The notes: generated by a model from the letters alone, not told the origin. Positions 23,865 through 36,879 are shown, counted from the stretch's first letter. The stretch: DNA of 40,316 nt from Octopus sinensis (GCF_006345805.1 NW_021835397.1:1-40316), one strand, 5' to 3'. Numbers and translations are program-made.

Positions 23865-23909
23865 TGGATTTGGTAGACGGAAACTGAAAGAAGCCCGTCG
23901 TATATATGT

Positions 23910-23976
<67 letters not shown>

Positions 23977-24214
23977 GTGTGGGGGTGTGGGGGGGTGTAT
24001 GTTTGTGTGTCTGTTTGTCCCCCAACATCGCTTGACAACCGATGCTGGTGTATTTACGTTCCCGTAACTTACTTAGCGCTTCAGCAAAAGTGTCCGATAG
24101 AAGAAGTACTTGGCTTACAAAGAATAAGTCCTGGGGTCGATTTACTCGACTAAAGGCGGTGCTCCAGCATGGCCACAGTTAAATAACCGAAACAAGTAAA
24201 AGAGTAAAAGAGTA
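23865..24214 (+). mobile_element. SINE family A, 5'-truncated
   Basis: tggatttggtagacggaaactgaaagaagcccgtcg ... caagtaaaagagtaaaagagta. Confidence 0.92.
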
Positions 24215-26440
24215 CCATACAAAATCGATATTTCTAAAAGCTTTAAATCATTTCGTCTCTCTTCTCTTAACTCCCAAAAGCCGTGTATAGGTAAAAAAGG
24301 TTTTGGAACTTGACCAGAGCCTAACAATGGATAGTGCTTCGGGGAATGAATGAGTAGACAGCCTCAGTGAAATTAGAATTTGGCAGAAAGGAAGATGAAT
24401 GTCTACAAGAAAAGATAAACTACAAACACGATTATGACACTCGCCATGTTGGCATAGAATTTCAATATGTCTTTAATTAGAGGATGAGAGAAGAACTGAA
24501 AGTTGTTTGAAAAGATAAGAAAGTTCTTCATTTTACCACACAATATGTTGATCCTTTCTCGAGCCAAAAGCCAGGCTTCCACTGGCGATGGTTAAAATAA
24601 AATTGATTGTGAGATATTAACGGAAAAATGGTGTCGGTTGTAGAAGTGGCATCAGTTGATTAACGGTTGTAAATAAAGCAGAATGAAGTGTATGAAAGGA
24701 CGGTGGGTGGGGTGGGGTAACAAAAAACAACAACAACCAAAACCAAAAAAAAAAGCCCTGAAGTATGGCGCCAGTAGAACTATGGCAAAATACCAAATAG
24801 GTAAATCAGAGAGAGAGAGAGAGAGAGAGAGAGGCAGACAGACAGAGGGAGTAAAATGTGTGATAGCGTATGAGACAGATAGATAGAGAGAGAGAGATAA
24901 AGAAAGAAAGAGAGAGAGAGAGAGGGAGGGAGGGAGAGAGAAAAATGAAATAGCGGAATGGTTGAGCGAATAAATTAATTCCTTGACTGCTGTTGCGAGT
25001 CAGTGAGGGAGCCCCTACGTGTTTATTTGATCTACTAAAAATATCAGTCAATTCCCTTTCAAATCACTGTAAAGAGAGATTCATTCGATTGATGGTGTAG
25101 TCTTAATACTGGACTAAATCTAGAAAAAATACAGAATGGTTATAGCGTGAGGTCTTCGATGGTTGACCATTGGCCTTATTCGGGTTCATTTGAGCCTAAA
25201 CAGAAGTAACAAGAAGGGCATACGTAATATAGCCTCAATTACCGTATGTCTGAAAAACAGAGAGGATGGCCATGGAAGGAATGCGTTTGATCATAGAACT
25301 ACTTTAAGAAATTATTATTTCTTATATTTAATTGTTTATGTTATGATTTTATTTACTCCATGTACCCAGACTTTGTGGACACCCTGTAGAATTGGTCTAC
25401 AACTAGTTACCTCTTAAACGAATAACAGTTTCTTAGAAGTAACTGTTTAAGTGAATAATCTATAATTGCTTTGGTACGGACACTTTCTGTCTAATTCGGT
25501 TCTTCAAAATCCCAATTTTACTGAAATGATTCGAATATAAAAAACGACACGGTTGTTCTAGAACTAGGATGCTGTTTCCTGGTTATAGAACCATTTAATT
25601 AGCCAACATAAGGCAGGATGGTCACAATTTGAAAATGAAATAGCAAAAGAGATGTCAAAGAGTAAGAAAAGTAGTAGAAGATTATCAGAGGAAACGAAGT
25701 GGACATAAAAGAGTTAATCTTTCAGTTGATAGAATCCGGTAATTAATTAATCTATCGGGTGGCGTACGGATTTCGAAGTGAACTGGTGGGGATGGACACC
25801 AGGAAACAATTAGTATATAGGAGTCTTCGATTATATTCCTGCCAGACTGTAGAAGAATCTGGTGCTTCCGGGTTCTTGTTGTTTGTTTGGGGGCTGAGGA
25901 GAGAGAAGAAGAGAGAGAGAGAGAGCGAAGGAGGGAGGGAGGCGAGAGGGAGAGGAGGAAAAGTAGAGGAGCGGGAGAGAGGGTTGTTTTCCATTGTGTT
26001 AAAGGAAAGAGCATAAGGGACATCCTTGGCGCTCAATTCCTCACTCCACGAAGAAAAAGGATCAACACACCTTAAAGCAACTCATATATGTATGTATGTG
26101 TGTGTGTATCTATGTATGTATTGTATGTATGTATGTATGTATGTATGTATGGATGTATGTATGTATGTATGTGTGTGTATGTATGTATGTAGGTATGTCC
26201 GTTTGTACGTAAGCACGTACGTGTGTGTATATATATGTATGTATAGTATATGTATGTGTGTATAGAGAGCTCCATCTACCTCCGAAGGATTGAACTTCAG
26301 AAACAATATAAAGCAGAGATAAATTGAAATGCACCATATTCCGATGAAGGATATGAAAGCCGAAGCTTCGAAGTCACTGTCAACACTATTCTTGTTTAAG
26401 AACAATATAAATATATATGTGAGTGGTGTATGTATGCATG

Positions 26441-26483
<43 letters not shown>

Positions 26484-26619
26484 CTATAAATTAGGGTATC
26501 TGAGAGATACCTCCATGCTGAAATAGCAATCAAAACCCTAACCCTAAAGCCACCTTAAATGTTCATATAGCGCTAGGAGAGGAGACAGAGAGACAAAATA
26601 AACTAGAAAAAAAGATTTT

Positions 26620-26693
26620 TCTGGATAATTCAAGATCCTGGATTTCTGACTTGCATCAGAGAAGCTCTGCCTTCGTCAGTTGAATATACCAGA
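26620..26693 (-). ncRNA. Candidate type I hammerhead ribozyme (Penelope/retrozyme-like)
   Basis: Minus strand TCTGG-TAT-ATTCAA CTGACGA aggcagagcttctctgatgcaagtca GAAA TCCAGGA TC TTGAAT-TAT-CCAGA. The core boxes are intact, stem I is 6+5 bp, stem III is short and the cleavage triplet is AUC. The base of stem II is imperfect. Confidence 0.62.
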
Positions 26694-26725
26694 TAAGCAC
26701 ACAAATACAGATATATATATATATA

Positions 26726-26788
<63 letters not shown>

Positions 26789-26951
26789 ACATACGTTATA
26801 CTTACATATGTGTGTGTGTGTGTGTGGGTGTGTGTGTGTGTGTGTGTGTGTTGTATGTATGATGTGTGTGTGTGTGTGTATGTATGTAGTATATTTGTAT
26901 GTGTAACGTAACAGTTTAGAAAGAACCATTGGTTTCATATCTCGCGTGAAC

Positions 26952-27010
<59 letters not shown>
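26952..27010. repeat. (AAT)n microsatellite
   Basis: Direct reading. Confidence 0.97.
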
Positions 27011-27642
27011 TGGACAGGCGTATGTATGTATGTATGTAGACATAATCATATATAGTGATAGATAGAGAAATTCCTGCACACAAATATTTATACACATCAT
27101 ATAAATGTATACATACATACATACTCTCTCTGTGTCACTCACCGTCACATACAGACATACAGACACAGACACATGCACACACGCACACACGCCTAAAAAG
27201 GGTGTTAAATTTCTAATTCACCCTTTAATGAAGTGAACCGTCTCAAAATTCCAAATCAACTCAGACACGATGCTATTACGTCAGTTGAATCACCCAATAT
27301 GAAGTCTTTTACAGTTCCTCGAAGACTTTTCAATTTACCACGCCAAAAGAGGAATGGTTAAGCAATAGCACCATAGAACATTACAAAGGAATCTGGTGAG
27401 TCTGTCGATATTTTTTCTAAAAGTATTTATTCTTCGGTTTTTGTTGGAGGAAACGAATGACTCACACCGCCATTGTTGCTTCTGATAATGTTGCTGTTGT
27501 TATTGTGGAAATCGTTAAGGTGTTGTTGTTGTTGTTATTAGTGTTCTTGATATCAGTGTTGCGATTCTTCTTCCGGTAGTTGTTGTTGATGATGCTGATG
27601 TTGATGGTTTTGTGGTTATAGTTTCTATTGTGGAAGTGTTAT

Positions 27643-28135
27643 TGTAGTTGTGAGGGTGTTATTACAGTTGAGATGATATTGTTCCAGTTGTGAGGATGTT
27701 TTTCCAGTTGTGAGGATGTTGTTAGAGTTGTGAGGGTAATGTTGCGGTTGTGAAGGTTTGTTACAGTTGAGATGATATTGTTACAGTTGTGAAGACGTTA
27801 TAGTTGTGAGGATGTTGTAACAGTTGTGAGGATGTTGTTACAGTTGTGAGGGTATTGTTGCAGTTGTGAGGATGTTTTTTCCAGTTGTGAAGATGCTTTT
27901 CCAGTTGTGAAGATATTGTTATAGTTGTGAGGATGTTTTCCAGTTGTGAAGATGTTTTTCCAGTTGTGAGGTTATTGTTGCAGTTGTGAGGATGTTGTTG
28001 CAGTTGTACGGATGTTGTTACAGTTGTGAGGATGTTGTTACAATTGTGAAAATGTTGTTACATTTATGAGGATGTTATTGCAGTTGTGAGGATATTGTAA
28101 CAGTTGTGTGGATGTTGTTGCAGCTGTGAGAGATT
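27643..28135. repeat. About 20-bp minisatellite, roughly 24 diverged copies
   Basis: Consensus cagttgtgaggatgttgtta, for example 27961-28040 in 20-nt register. Confidence 0.95.
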
Positions 28136-28371
28136 TGTGGACGGGAGCAACGTGAAAATGAGATGTTTTGCTAAAGAACAAAACGCACAACCGGTTCAGA
28201 AACTGAAGCCACAATTTTACTATTACGAGTACAACACACTCACCAATAAACCACACTGTATGTGTGTGTGTGCACGCGTGTGTGTGTGTGTGTGTATGTG
28301 TGTGTGTGAAAAAGGCGAGTTTTCCAGATTCTTTGGCATATAATATATTCCCCACCCTTGACGGGGCGAGC

Positions 28372-28402
<31 letters not shown>

Positions 28403-28429
28403 ACCACATGTTAATCGTTGGTGATTTTT

Positions 28430-28597
28430 TCCCCTCCGTCTTCCTTTTCTATTAGTCTTTCGTCTGTTTCTAAAAAGAGCGTTTGCTCGAAACGTTAAGC
28501 CACCTTTCTTTCCTTCCCTGAGCGTCTGCTGATACTTTACGTGTACCACGTAATCACGTCGTTGCTTTTGTATCTGTTCTTCGTTTCTTTTATTTAC

Positions 28598-28598
<1 letters not shown>
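28430..28598 (+). mobile_element. Short dispersed repeat with a decayed hammerhead-like core; related copy on the minus strand at about 36400-36630
   Basis: tttctaaaaagagc-gttt-gctcGAAACGTtaag...cctgagcgtc here, versus tttctgtcaaagagagtaggctcGAAACGccaaag...ccgagcctc on the minus strand at 36455-36516. Confidence 0.55.
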
Positions 28599-28633
<35 letters not shown>

Positions 28634-28655
28634 AGTATGTATGTATGTATGTATA

Positions 28656-28817
28656 TACGACGGCCTTCTTTCGGTTTCTGTTTACCAAATCCACTCACAA
28701 GAATTTCGTCGGCCTAAGGCTGTAGTAGAAACACTTGCCCGAGATGCCACGCGGTGAGACAGAAGCAGGAACCATGTCACTGGGAATCAAGCTTCTTACA
28801 CACCACCACGCATGCGC
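28656..28817 (-). mobile_element. SINE family A 5' half, degenerate
   Basis: cgacggccttctttcggtttctgtttaccaaatccactcacaag...gtagaaacacttgcccgag. Confidence 0.82.
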
Positions 28818-29331
28818 AAATGAGGGAAAAGTAACACATACAAACCGCACGTGACCACCCTGTCTCATATTCACACACACTTTCATAATTTATCTCAGCA
28901 TACACTTTCAAACGTCATCAATCTTGATCTTAAAGAGAGTAGAGGAAAATTTGAGGGAAATGTAGTTGCTATCTCTAGCAAGTGGCATAAGTATGTTGAG
29001 GTTCCTTCAATCGAGGAGATGAATGAGTCATGTAACTTCGGTTTTTCAATGTTAAAATTGTCCATTATCGGGAGATTCCATGTCAATAATTCTTTGAATA
29101 CAAAACACTGCAAAGACCTCCACCACAGATCACACACCAACTCCCCTCCACACAGCTACCCTCATATATACTCTCATACACATATCTACACGCATACAAA
29201 ATCACACACGTACATGCACATATACCTAAACACTCACGCATGCATGGTCATTGACCTTGATGTGAATAAAGATATAAGTTGTAAACACGGTTGTCTGTGT
29301 GCCTCTCTTATCTGTCTGCCTGCCTGCTTGC

Positions 29332-29405
<74 letters not shown>

Positions 29406-29406
29406 G

Positions 29407-29441
<35 letters not shown>

Positions 29442-29458
29442 CTATCTATCTATCTATC
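29332..29458. repeat. (CTAT)n microsatellite
   Basis: Direct reading. Confidence 0.97.
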
Positions 29459-30299
29459 CGTAGGTCTCCCTATTTGTCAATCTACGTATCTGTTAATATA
29501 TATGTGTGTGTGTACGCGTGCGCGCGTATGTATATTGTCTGTTTGTGTGAGTGTATGTGTGTGTGTGTAAGAGAACGTATACGTATGTCATATATGATGA
29601 GTTAATATAAATAAGATATGGAAAAAACATCAAAAACTATCGTCAATATTCCAAAATTTGACAAGTGATTGAAAAGTAAAAGGAGTCCTTTGATTCGTGC
29701 ATCGATCTCTCGCTTTAACCAAATGCAGACGATAAGAAAATGGCCGTGCGAAAAATAATCAGCGAAGAGAAAGAAGGAGAGTGTTGTGTATTAAATCTAT
29801 AAAATTATGCATAAAGTATATAATGTGTATATATAAAGTGTATTAAGTGTATATATAAAGTGCAGCGGGAAAAGGAAATATAGCAAAGACGTTTGACTGT
29901 TTATTCTATATGTTTACGCTAAATGCTATATCGACTTACATGCCGGAAAATATGGTATGACTTCAAACATTCATTAAGAAACAAATGCTAAAGATCTTCA
30001 GGTATGGTCATGAAATAAAGTCATTAAAAAAAAGCCAGGGTGAGTTCGATGACGAAGTTCTAGAGATACAGAAATATGTGATTCATAAGGGTTGGAAAAT
30101 ATTCGGTCAGTGGTTGGATCCGTTACAGCTGATCCGAAGGTTAAACAACAAAAACACAACTTAAAAACGACTATTCGTATGCTGTTACTAATATACCTCC
30201 ACTATGACCAACACACACACAAAAGCACCGATATCCCCCACCCACGCATATCTAGCAATGTCTCTCCATTCCACGCTTCTCCCACTCTCCATCTCTCCT

Positions 30300-30358
30300 T
30301 ATATATGTATTTGCATGCATAGATATATATGTATGTATATATATATATATATTGTATA

Positions 30359-30396
<38 letters not shown>

Positions 30397-30850
30397 ATAT
30401 ATTATACATACATATAATATATTAGTGTATTTATTTATGTAATTATGCATATATGTTGTTTGTATGTATATATATATATAATATATATATATACATACAT
30501 ACAAACATATATGCATAATTACATAATAAATACACATATATATATTATATGTATATATATAGATATGTATGTGTGCATATATATACATATATATATAGGC
30601 ATATATATGCATAAACTGCCCTTGTTATATATAATTCTTTTTTTTAAATATACATTATATATTATAATTATACGTACATATATGCATATATATATTTACA
30701 CACACATCTATATATATATGTATATATATATACATGCACATATGCGCATATTTATATACAAATATATACATACACTCATGCATACTCACATATATGTACG
30801 GATATATATAATATAGATATATATATATATGGATATATATATATACATAA

Positions 30851-30884
<34 letters not shown>

Positions 30885-30909
30885 GGATTATATATATACA
30901 TAAACATAC

Positions 30910-30951
<42 letters not shown>

Positions 30952-30956
30952 ATATA

Positions 30957-30987
<31 letters not shown>

Positions 30988-31099
30988 GGATATATATATA
31001 TATAACATAAAAACACACATAATTATACAGGCACACATATTCATACAATTATAAATATACGTATATACACATATAAGTATATCTATATGTATATGTATG

Positions 31100-31137
<38 letters not shown>

Positions 31138-31143
31138 TATATA

Positions 31144-31188
<45 letters not shown>

Positions 31189-31296
31189 AGAAAGAGAGAG
31201 TGGAAGAGAATCACGCACACAACCACTCCGTTGCATACGTGTACATTGATACATGTATGTGTGTGTGTGTGTGTATATATACATATACATATACAC

Positions 31297-31345
<49 letters not shown>

Positions 31346-31703
31346 CATATACATACATACACTTCTCTACACTCCAAAAATACAGAGAAAGGTGGGCTGT
31401 TGTCAGACAAAGGCAGCAATGATTTTGGACGGTTTTCAGTCAGAGAAGACAAAAGAATTTGAGAGAGTGGCGGACATATTTAGAACAGTTATTGTGTGGA
31501 GTCTGCAAGTAACTGGTGCATGTCTCCTGTCTGAGTTTATTCAAGGAGATTTCCAATGCTCTGATAAGACACATCTCTACACATACACACAGCAATAGTT
31601 GCTCGCCTGTCAGCGTCGAGTATCCCTACATCTCTGTTTCTTTACCTCTTCTTTCTTTCTCTACTCCGCTCTCCCTCGTTTCTACCACCGTCTCTCTCTC
31701 CTT

Positions 31704-31746
<43 letters not shown>

Positions 31747-31749
31747 GTA

Positions 31750-31797
<48 letters not shown>

Positions 31798-32202
31798 TAC
31801 GCAGTGAAAGATCTGTCTGCGTGCGGGTGTGTGAGTGTGCGCGTGATATATTTTGCGGGAGTGTGTGGGTGAGACACTGCGTGTGTGTGTGTGTATGTAA
31901 GTATGTATGTGTATATATATATATATATTTATATGCATATTTGCATATATGTATATATATGCATACAGAACACACTCACACGTACGTACATACACACATA
32001 AAGTCTCACGCGCACATACACACACACACACGCAATATATGTATATATATATTATATACATTGTATATTAATGTATATATATTATAATATTTATTGTATA
32101 TATATATATACACATATATATGTATATGTATATTGTATAAATATATATATATATTGTATAATATATATATATATATATATATATACGTATACACACATAC
32201 AG

Positions 32203-32236
<34 letters not shown>

Positions 32237-32563
32237 TATATATATATTATATATATATACGTATACACACACAGAATATATATATATATATAATATATAT
32301 ATATATACACACAGACCAATGAAAGATAAGGCCGAAGCTTCGTAGTCACTATCAGCACTATTCACGTGAAAGATTAATGAACATATACTCTACAAAACTA
32401 TGTGTGTGATTTAAGTTAATGCAAGTGTTTTTATTATAGCTTTACATAAAACAAACATTAATTAACACATACATACATACATACATACATACATACATGA
32501 ATACATGAATAAATGAATACATACATACATATATATGTATATTACGTATATTATCTTTCTGTG

Positions 32564-32615
<52 letters not shown>
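30300..32615. repeat. Very long (TA)n-dominated compound microsatellite field with short islands
   Basis: Direct reading. It is the source of the YI/IY ORFs, including 30655..31452. Confidence 0.93.
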
Positions 32616-32616
<1 letters not shown>

Positions 32617-33055
32617 AATCTGTTTTTATTATTTAGTCACTGCACCTCTCTAATCATCTCGCCGCTGCGAAGAGGTCCATATGCAAAGAATAAATAGATA
32701 AGAGAAGAAAAAAACGTTTGTGAGCAGACAAAGACAGCAATGATTTTGGCTGATTATCAGAAGAAGAAAGCAGGGGGAAGTGTTGAAATGATGTGCAAGG
32801 GAACACAGGATAGTCATTGTGTGAAGTATGCAAATGGTGCATGATTTCTGTAAATATACTGCAAGATTCAACGAAGTTTGAAATAGTCTGATGAGATACA
32901 TATGCATTTCTTTCTATCTATCTATGTATATACAAGCACCTACATACATCTGTGCGCACACACATGCACACATACATAACAGTAATATTCCCAAAGTTGA
33001 CGGACATTTAGCCATACATAAGCCGAATCTCTAGTGATACTTTTTATTATTTTTA

Positions 33056-33114
33056 TTTATTTATGTACCCGAAGAGACACAGAACGGGTCGAAATATGTG
33101 TCGTACTAAATAAA
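33056..33114 (+). ncRNA. Candidate minimal type I hammerhead ribozyme with one core substitution
   Basis: tttattta-t-gtac CCGAAGA gac-acagaacgg-gtc GAAA tatgtg TC gtac-taaataaa. Stem I has 12 bp with one bulge, stem II is GAC/GTC and the triplet is GUC. The core CUGANGA reads CCGAAGA. AATAAA follows. Confidence 0.65.
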
Positions 33115-33264
33115 ATCTTTTTTTAACCATCTATTTTATTAATATTGTTACCTCTGCCGCCACTATGAATTTCCTGCAATCTATGGATAACAACAGGTAA
33201 TCGAAATTGTGCTGGTGCTTTACTCATCAACCACTTAGACATTTTGTATAATTTCTCCATTATA

Positions 33265-33394
33265 TAAGGTTGTCCCAAAAGTTCGTAAACATAAATGTCT
33301 TTATTTTGAGGAATAATTTTTGTTGTTTTTGTTAGTGCTTGGCGAGTAAAAATTCAACTTTCGCAAGTGTTTACGAACTTTTGGGACAACCTAA
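33265..33394. mobile_element. Tc1/mariner-type MITE (130 bp)
   Basis: TIRs aggttgtcccaaaagttcgtaaaca / tgtttacgaacttttgggacaacct with TA on both sides. Confidence 0.92.
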
Positions 33395-34009
33395 TATATA
33401 TATCTTCGACAGATTAAGAGGTAAAAAACGGAGAGAGCGAGTGAAAAGAAAAAAATAAACGTCTAAATTTTAACGGTTCAACATGATAAAATTGCCCTAT
33501 ATGTATATATATTAAGGTTATTGCAACAGAAATTATAGCCAGCACTGGTGCAAACAATGAGATCGGAGACAAAAATAGGCTAATGAGTGTATATGCCATA
33601 CTTCGGGGGTTGTTGCTCCTCCATCAGCACTCATCTAACCCATTCTTGTCTCTGAACATATTGTTTATATAGCCACTGCATACAACGGTGTTAAGTTATT
33701 GGATATACCAATATACCCGGATATACCAATATACCCGGCGCTGGTATGTAAATAGTACAGACCTGATGGCACGTGCAATTTCGTTATGCACCCACAACAA
33801 ACTAATTATGGTGTACATATGTGATCCATGTATATTTGTATACATATATTCATGCATACATACACAAATATAAACGCATATATATATGTGTGTGTATGTG
33901 CGTGTGTGCATGCGTGTGTATATGTATGTATATATGTATGTCTCCATGTAATATTCGTATATATATATGTGTGTGTGTATGTGTGTGTGTGTATGTGTGT
34001 GACTTGGTT

Positions 34010-34180
34010 TCTGTGTTTGTCACTGCACACCGCTTGACAACCAGTGTTGGTCTGTTTACGTCCCTACAAAAGAGACCAATAGAATAAGTACCAGGCTATA
34101 AAAATAGGTACTCTGGGTCGATTCTTTTGACTAAAACCCTTGAAATCGATGTCTCACTGATTGAAGCAAGTAAAAGATTA
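34010..34180 (+). mobile_element. SINE family A 3' fragment
   Basis: cgcttgacaaccagtgttgg...aaagagaccaatagaataagtaccaggc...gggtcgatt...caagtaaaaga. Confidence 0.78.
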
Positions 34181-34260
34181 TATATATATATATATAACAA
34201 AGGAGGAAGGCTTTGTAATTTATAGGGAGAAAGCTACCAAGGAAGACTCATAGTATAATA

Positions 34261-34528
34261 ATAACTGTATAATAATATATCATAATAATGTATATTCCCC
34301 GAGTTGAAGCGACAATTTTTAAATACAAACTCATGACTGGAAAATGATGAGCTAACCCTAGCCAGAACCGAACTCACAAATCGGATGCGCAAGGAGCCAT
34401 GTAATCGCTGGTTTGTGGATTCGATTCTGGTTAGCGTTAGCTCATCATTTTTCTGTCATTTCTTTGTATTTAGGAATAGTCGCTTCAAATCGGATAATAT
34501 ATATCATAATATGTTATTATACAGTTAT
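34261..34528. mobile_element. Fold-back (palindromic) MITE-like element, about 268 bp
   Basis: Termini ataactgtataataa / ttattatacagttat. Internal arm pairs include ttgaagcgac/gtcgcttcaa, aaaatgatgagctaac/gttagctcatcatttt and ccagaa/ttctgg. Confidence 0.8.
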
Positions 34529-34924
34529 ATATATATATATATATACACATGTATGTATATACGCGAACGTGTGTGTATATGCGTAGTTGCGCATGTGTGT
34601 GTGCACGAGTGACGTATACAATATCGGCGTTTGTCCCTCTATAATTAACCTCTTTTTTTACTCTCTCTACGTCTCTCTTTTTCTCGCTGCCATGATCATA
34701 TAATACATACATATATAATACATACATATATAATACATACATATATACGCATAATTAGGAAGACACAACCACAGAGTCAAGCACACACACTCACACAGTC
34801 ATTCACACAAACACACACTTACATAACTATAGAACCATACATACTCAGCAACTTAGATACACATTCAAATACGCACCTACACAGACGTGACACAGCATTA
34901 GCCATATTTCTGCCTTCGAGAATA

Positions 34925-35448
34925 TGTGTATGTAGATATATATACATATATATATATATGTCTGTGCATGTGTGTTTATGTATGTAACTATGTATGTGTG
35001 TGTATGTTTGTATGCGTGGGTGTCACTATATACATATGTACTTATATATGCACACACACACACACACGCATATATCCATATATACATATATACAAATATC
35101 TACATATATATATATATATATACATATATCTGTATCTCTCTCTATATATATATTTACATGTGTGGTACATTTATATATATATATATTAAATATATATATA
35201 TATATATACACAAACACCTATACATACACATACACATCATATTCGTGATGTATATATTCATATATATATAATATATATATATATAAATACATACATACAT
35301 ACATACTATATATATATGAATATATACATACGAATAAGATGTGTGTATGTATATGTATAGATGTACCTATATATATATACGTACATGAGGTTAATATATT
35401 GTGTGTCTGCGTCGGTCTACATGTATACACACACACACATATATGTAT

Positions 35449-35484
<36 letters not shown>

Positions 35485-35500
35485 GCATATATATACATAT

Positions 35501-35542
<42 letters not shown>

Positions 35543-36148
35543 ACATACATATATACACAGAGACATATAGATATATATACATGTCAATGTACATATATAT
35601 CCATGTATATATATATATATATGTATGTATGTATGTACAGATTTAGCCTGCAGCATATTTCGCTAGCTATGAAGCAGTCTGTGGCTAAATATACTGACGT
35701 CGTGTTATTTCTCTAAACATTTCATCATGTAAAACATGATGTTTCAGATGCTTTGTGCAGATAGATTTGTTTACTCTGTCGACAGGATGTAAGAAGCGAG
35801 GAGCGATATATACCGGTGCACATTCACCAGATCGCTTCTCGAAATCGGATAGAAGTGTTTGTACACCTATATAAATATACATCGATATCTCGAGTATGTT
35901 GGTCCGGTTATCTCTCTGTGTGTGTCTGAGTGTCTGCCTGTGTGTGTGTATGTGTGTGTGTGTGTGGGTATGTGTGAGTGTGTCTGTCTATCAGTCTGCT
36001 TGTCTGTCTGTCAGTCAGTCATTTTCTCTCCTTGCGATCGCGCGTGCGCTTGTGTGTTCAAGTAAGTACACCGAGACAGAGGCACACAAATATAGTGTGT
36101 ATACACATATACATACATATAAATGTATATATGTATATGTGTGTGTGG

Positions 36149-36181
<33 letters not shown>

Positions 36182-36763
36182 AACATATATACATATATAC
36201 ATATAGATAGATATACATATATATATATGTGTGTGTGTGTGTGTGTTTGTGTCAAAAACCTAACGAGCTAGGTTTCTCTATGGAGCCTACGAAACCTCAA
36301 CTGTGGGACCGAATCAGATTAATTCTCATAATGAACATTAACAAATGAAACTCCTATTAAATGTGATGAGTGCCCTATCTTCCGTTTCCCATGTTCAAAT
36401 TTACAGACACCAAAAGACAGAGACAGGTGAGGGAACAACAAGCAGATGTATTCGTTTGAGGCTCGGTAAAAATGGAAATGTCTTTGGCGTTTCGAGCCTA
36501 CTCTCTTTGACAGAAATGTATGAGAGGAAAAAAAATGGAGAGAAAGAGAAAGAAACAAACAAAGAAACAAAAATAAACAAAAAACACATGGGAAGAGAAA
36601 AATGTGTCGGGATTAACGGTTTCATGTTTTGAAATTAAAGTTATATGCATAATATATATATTATATATATCTATATGTGTGTGTGTGTATGTATGCATAT
36701 ATATATTTTGTATATAGATGTGTATACATATATATACATGTATATATATATATATATAATATA

Positions 36764-36857
<94 letters not shown>

Positions 36858-36879
36858 CATACATACATACATAATATAT

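Noticed and set aside
26534-26547. Telomeric (CCCTAA)2
   Set aside because: Only two units; expected by chance.
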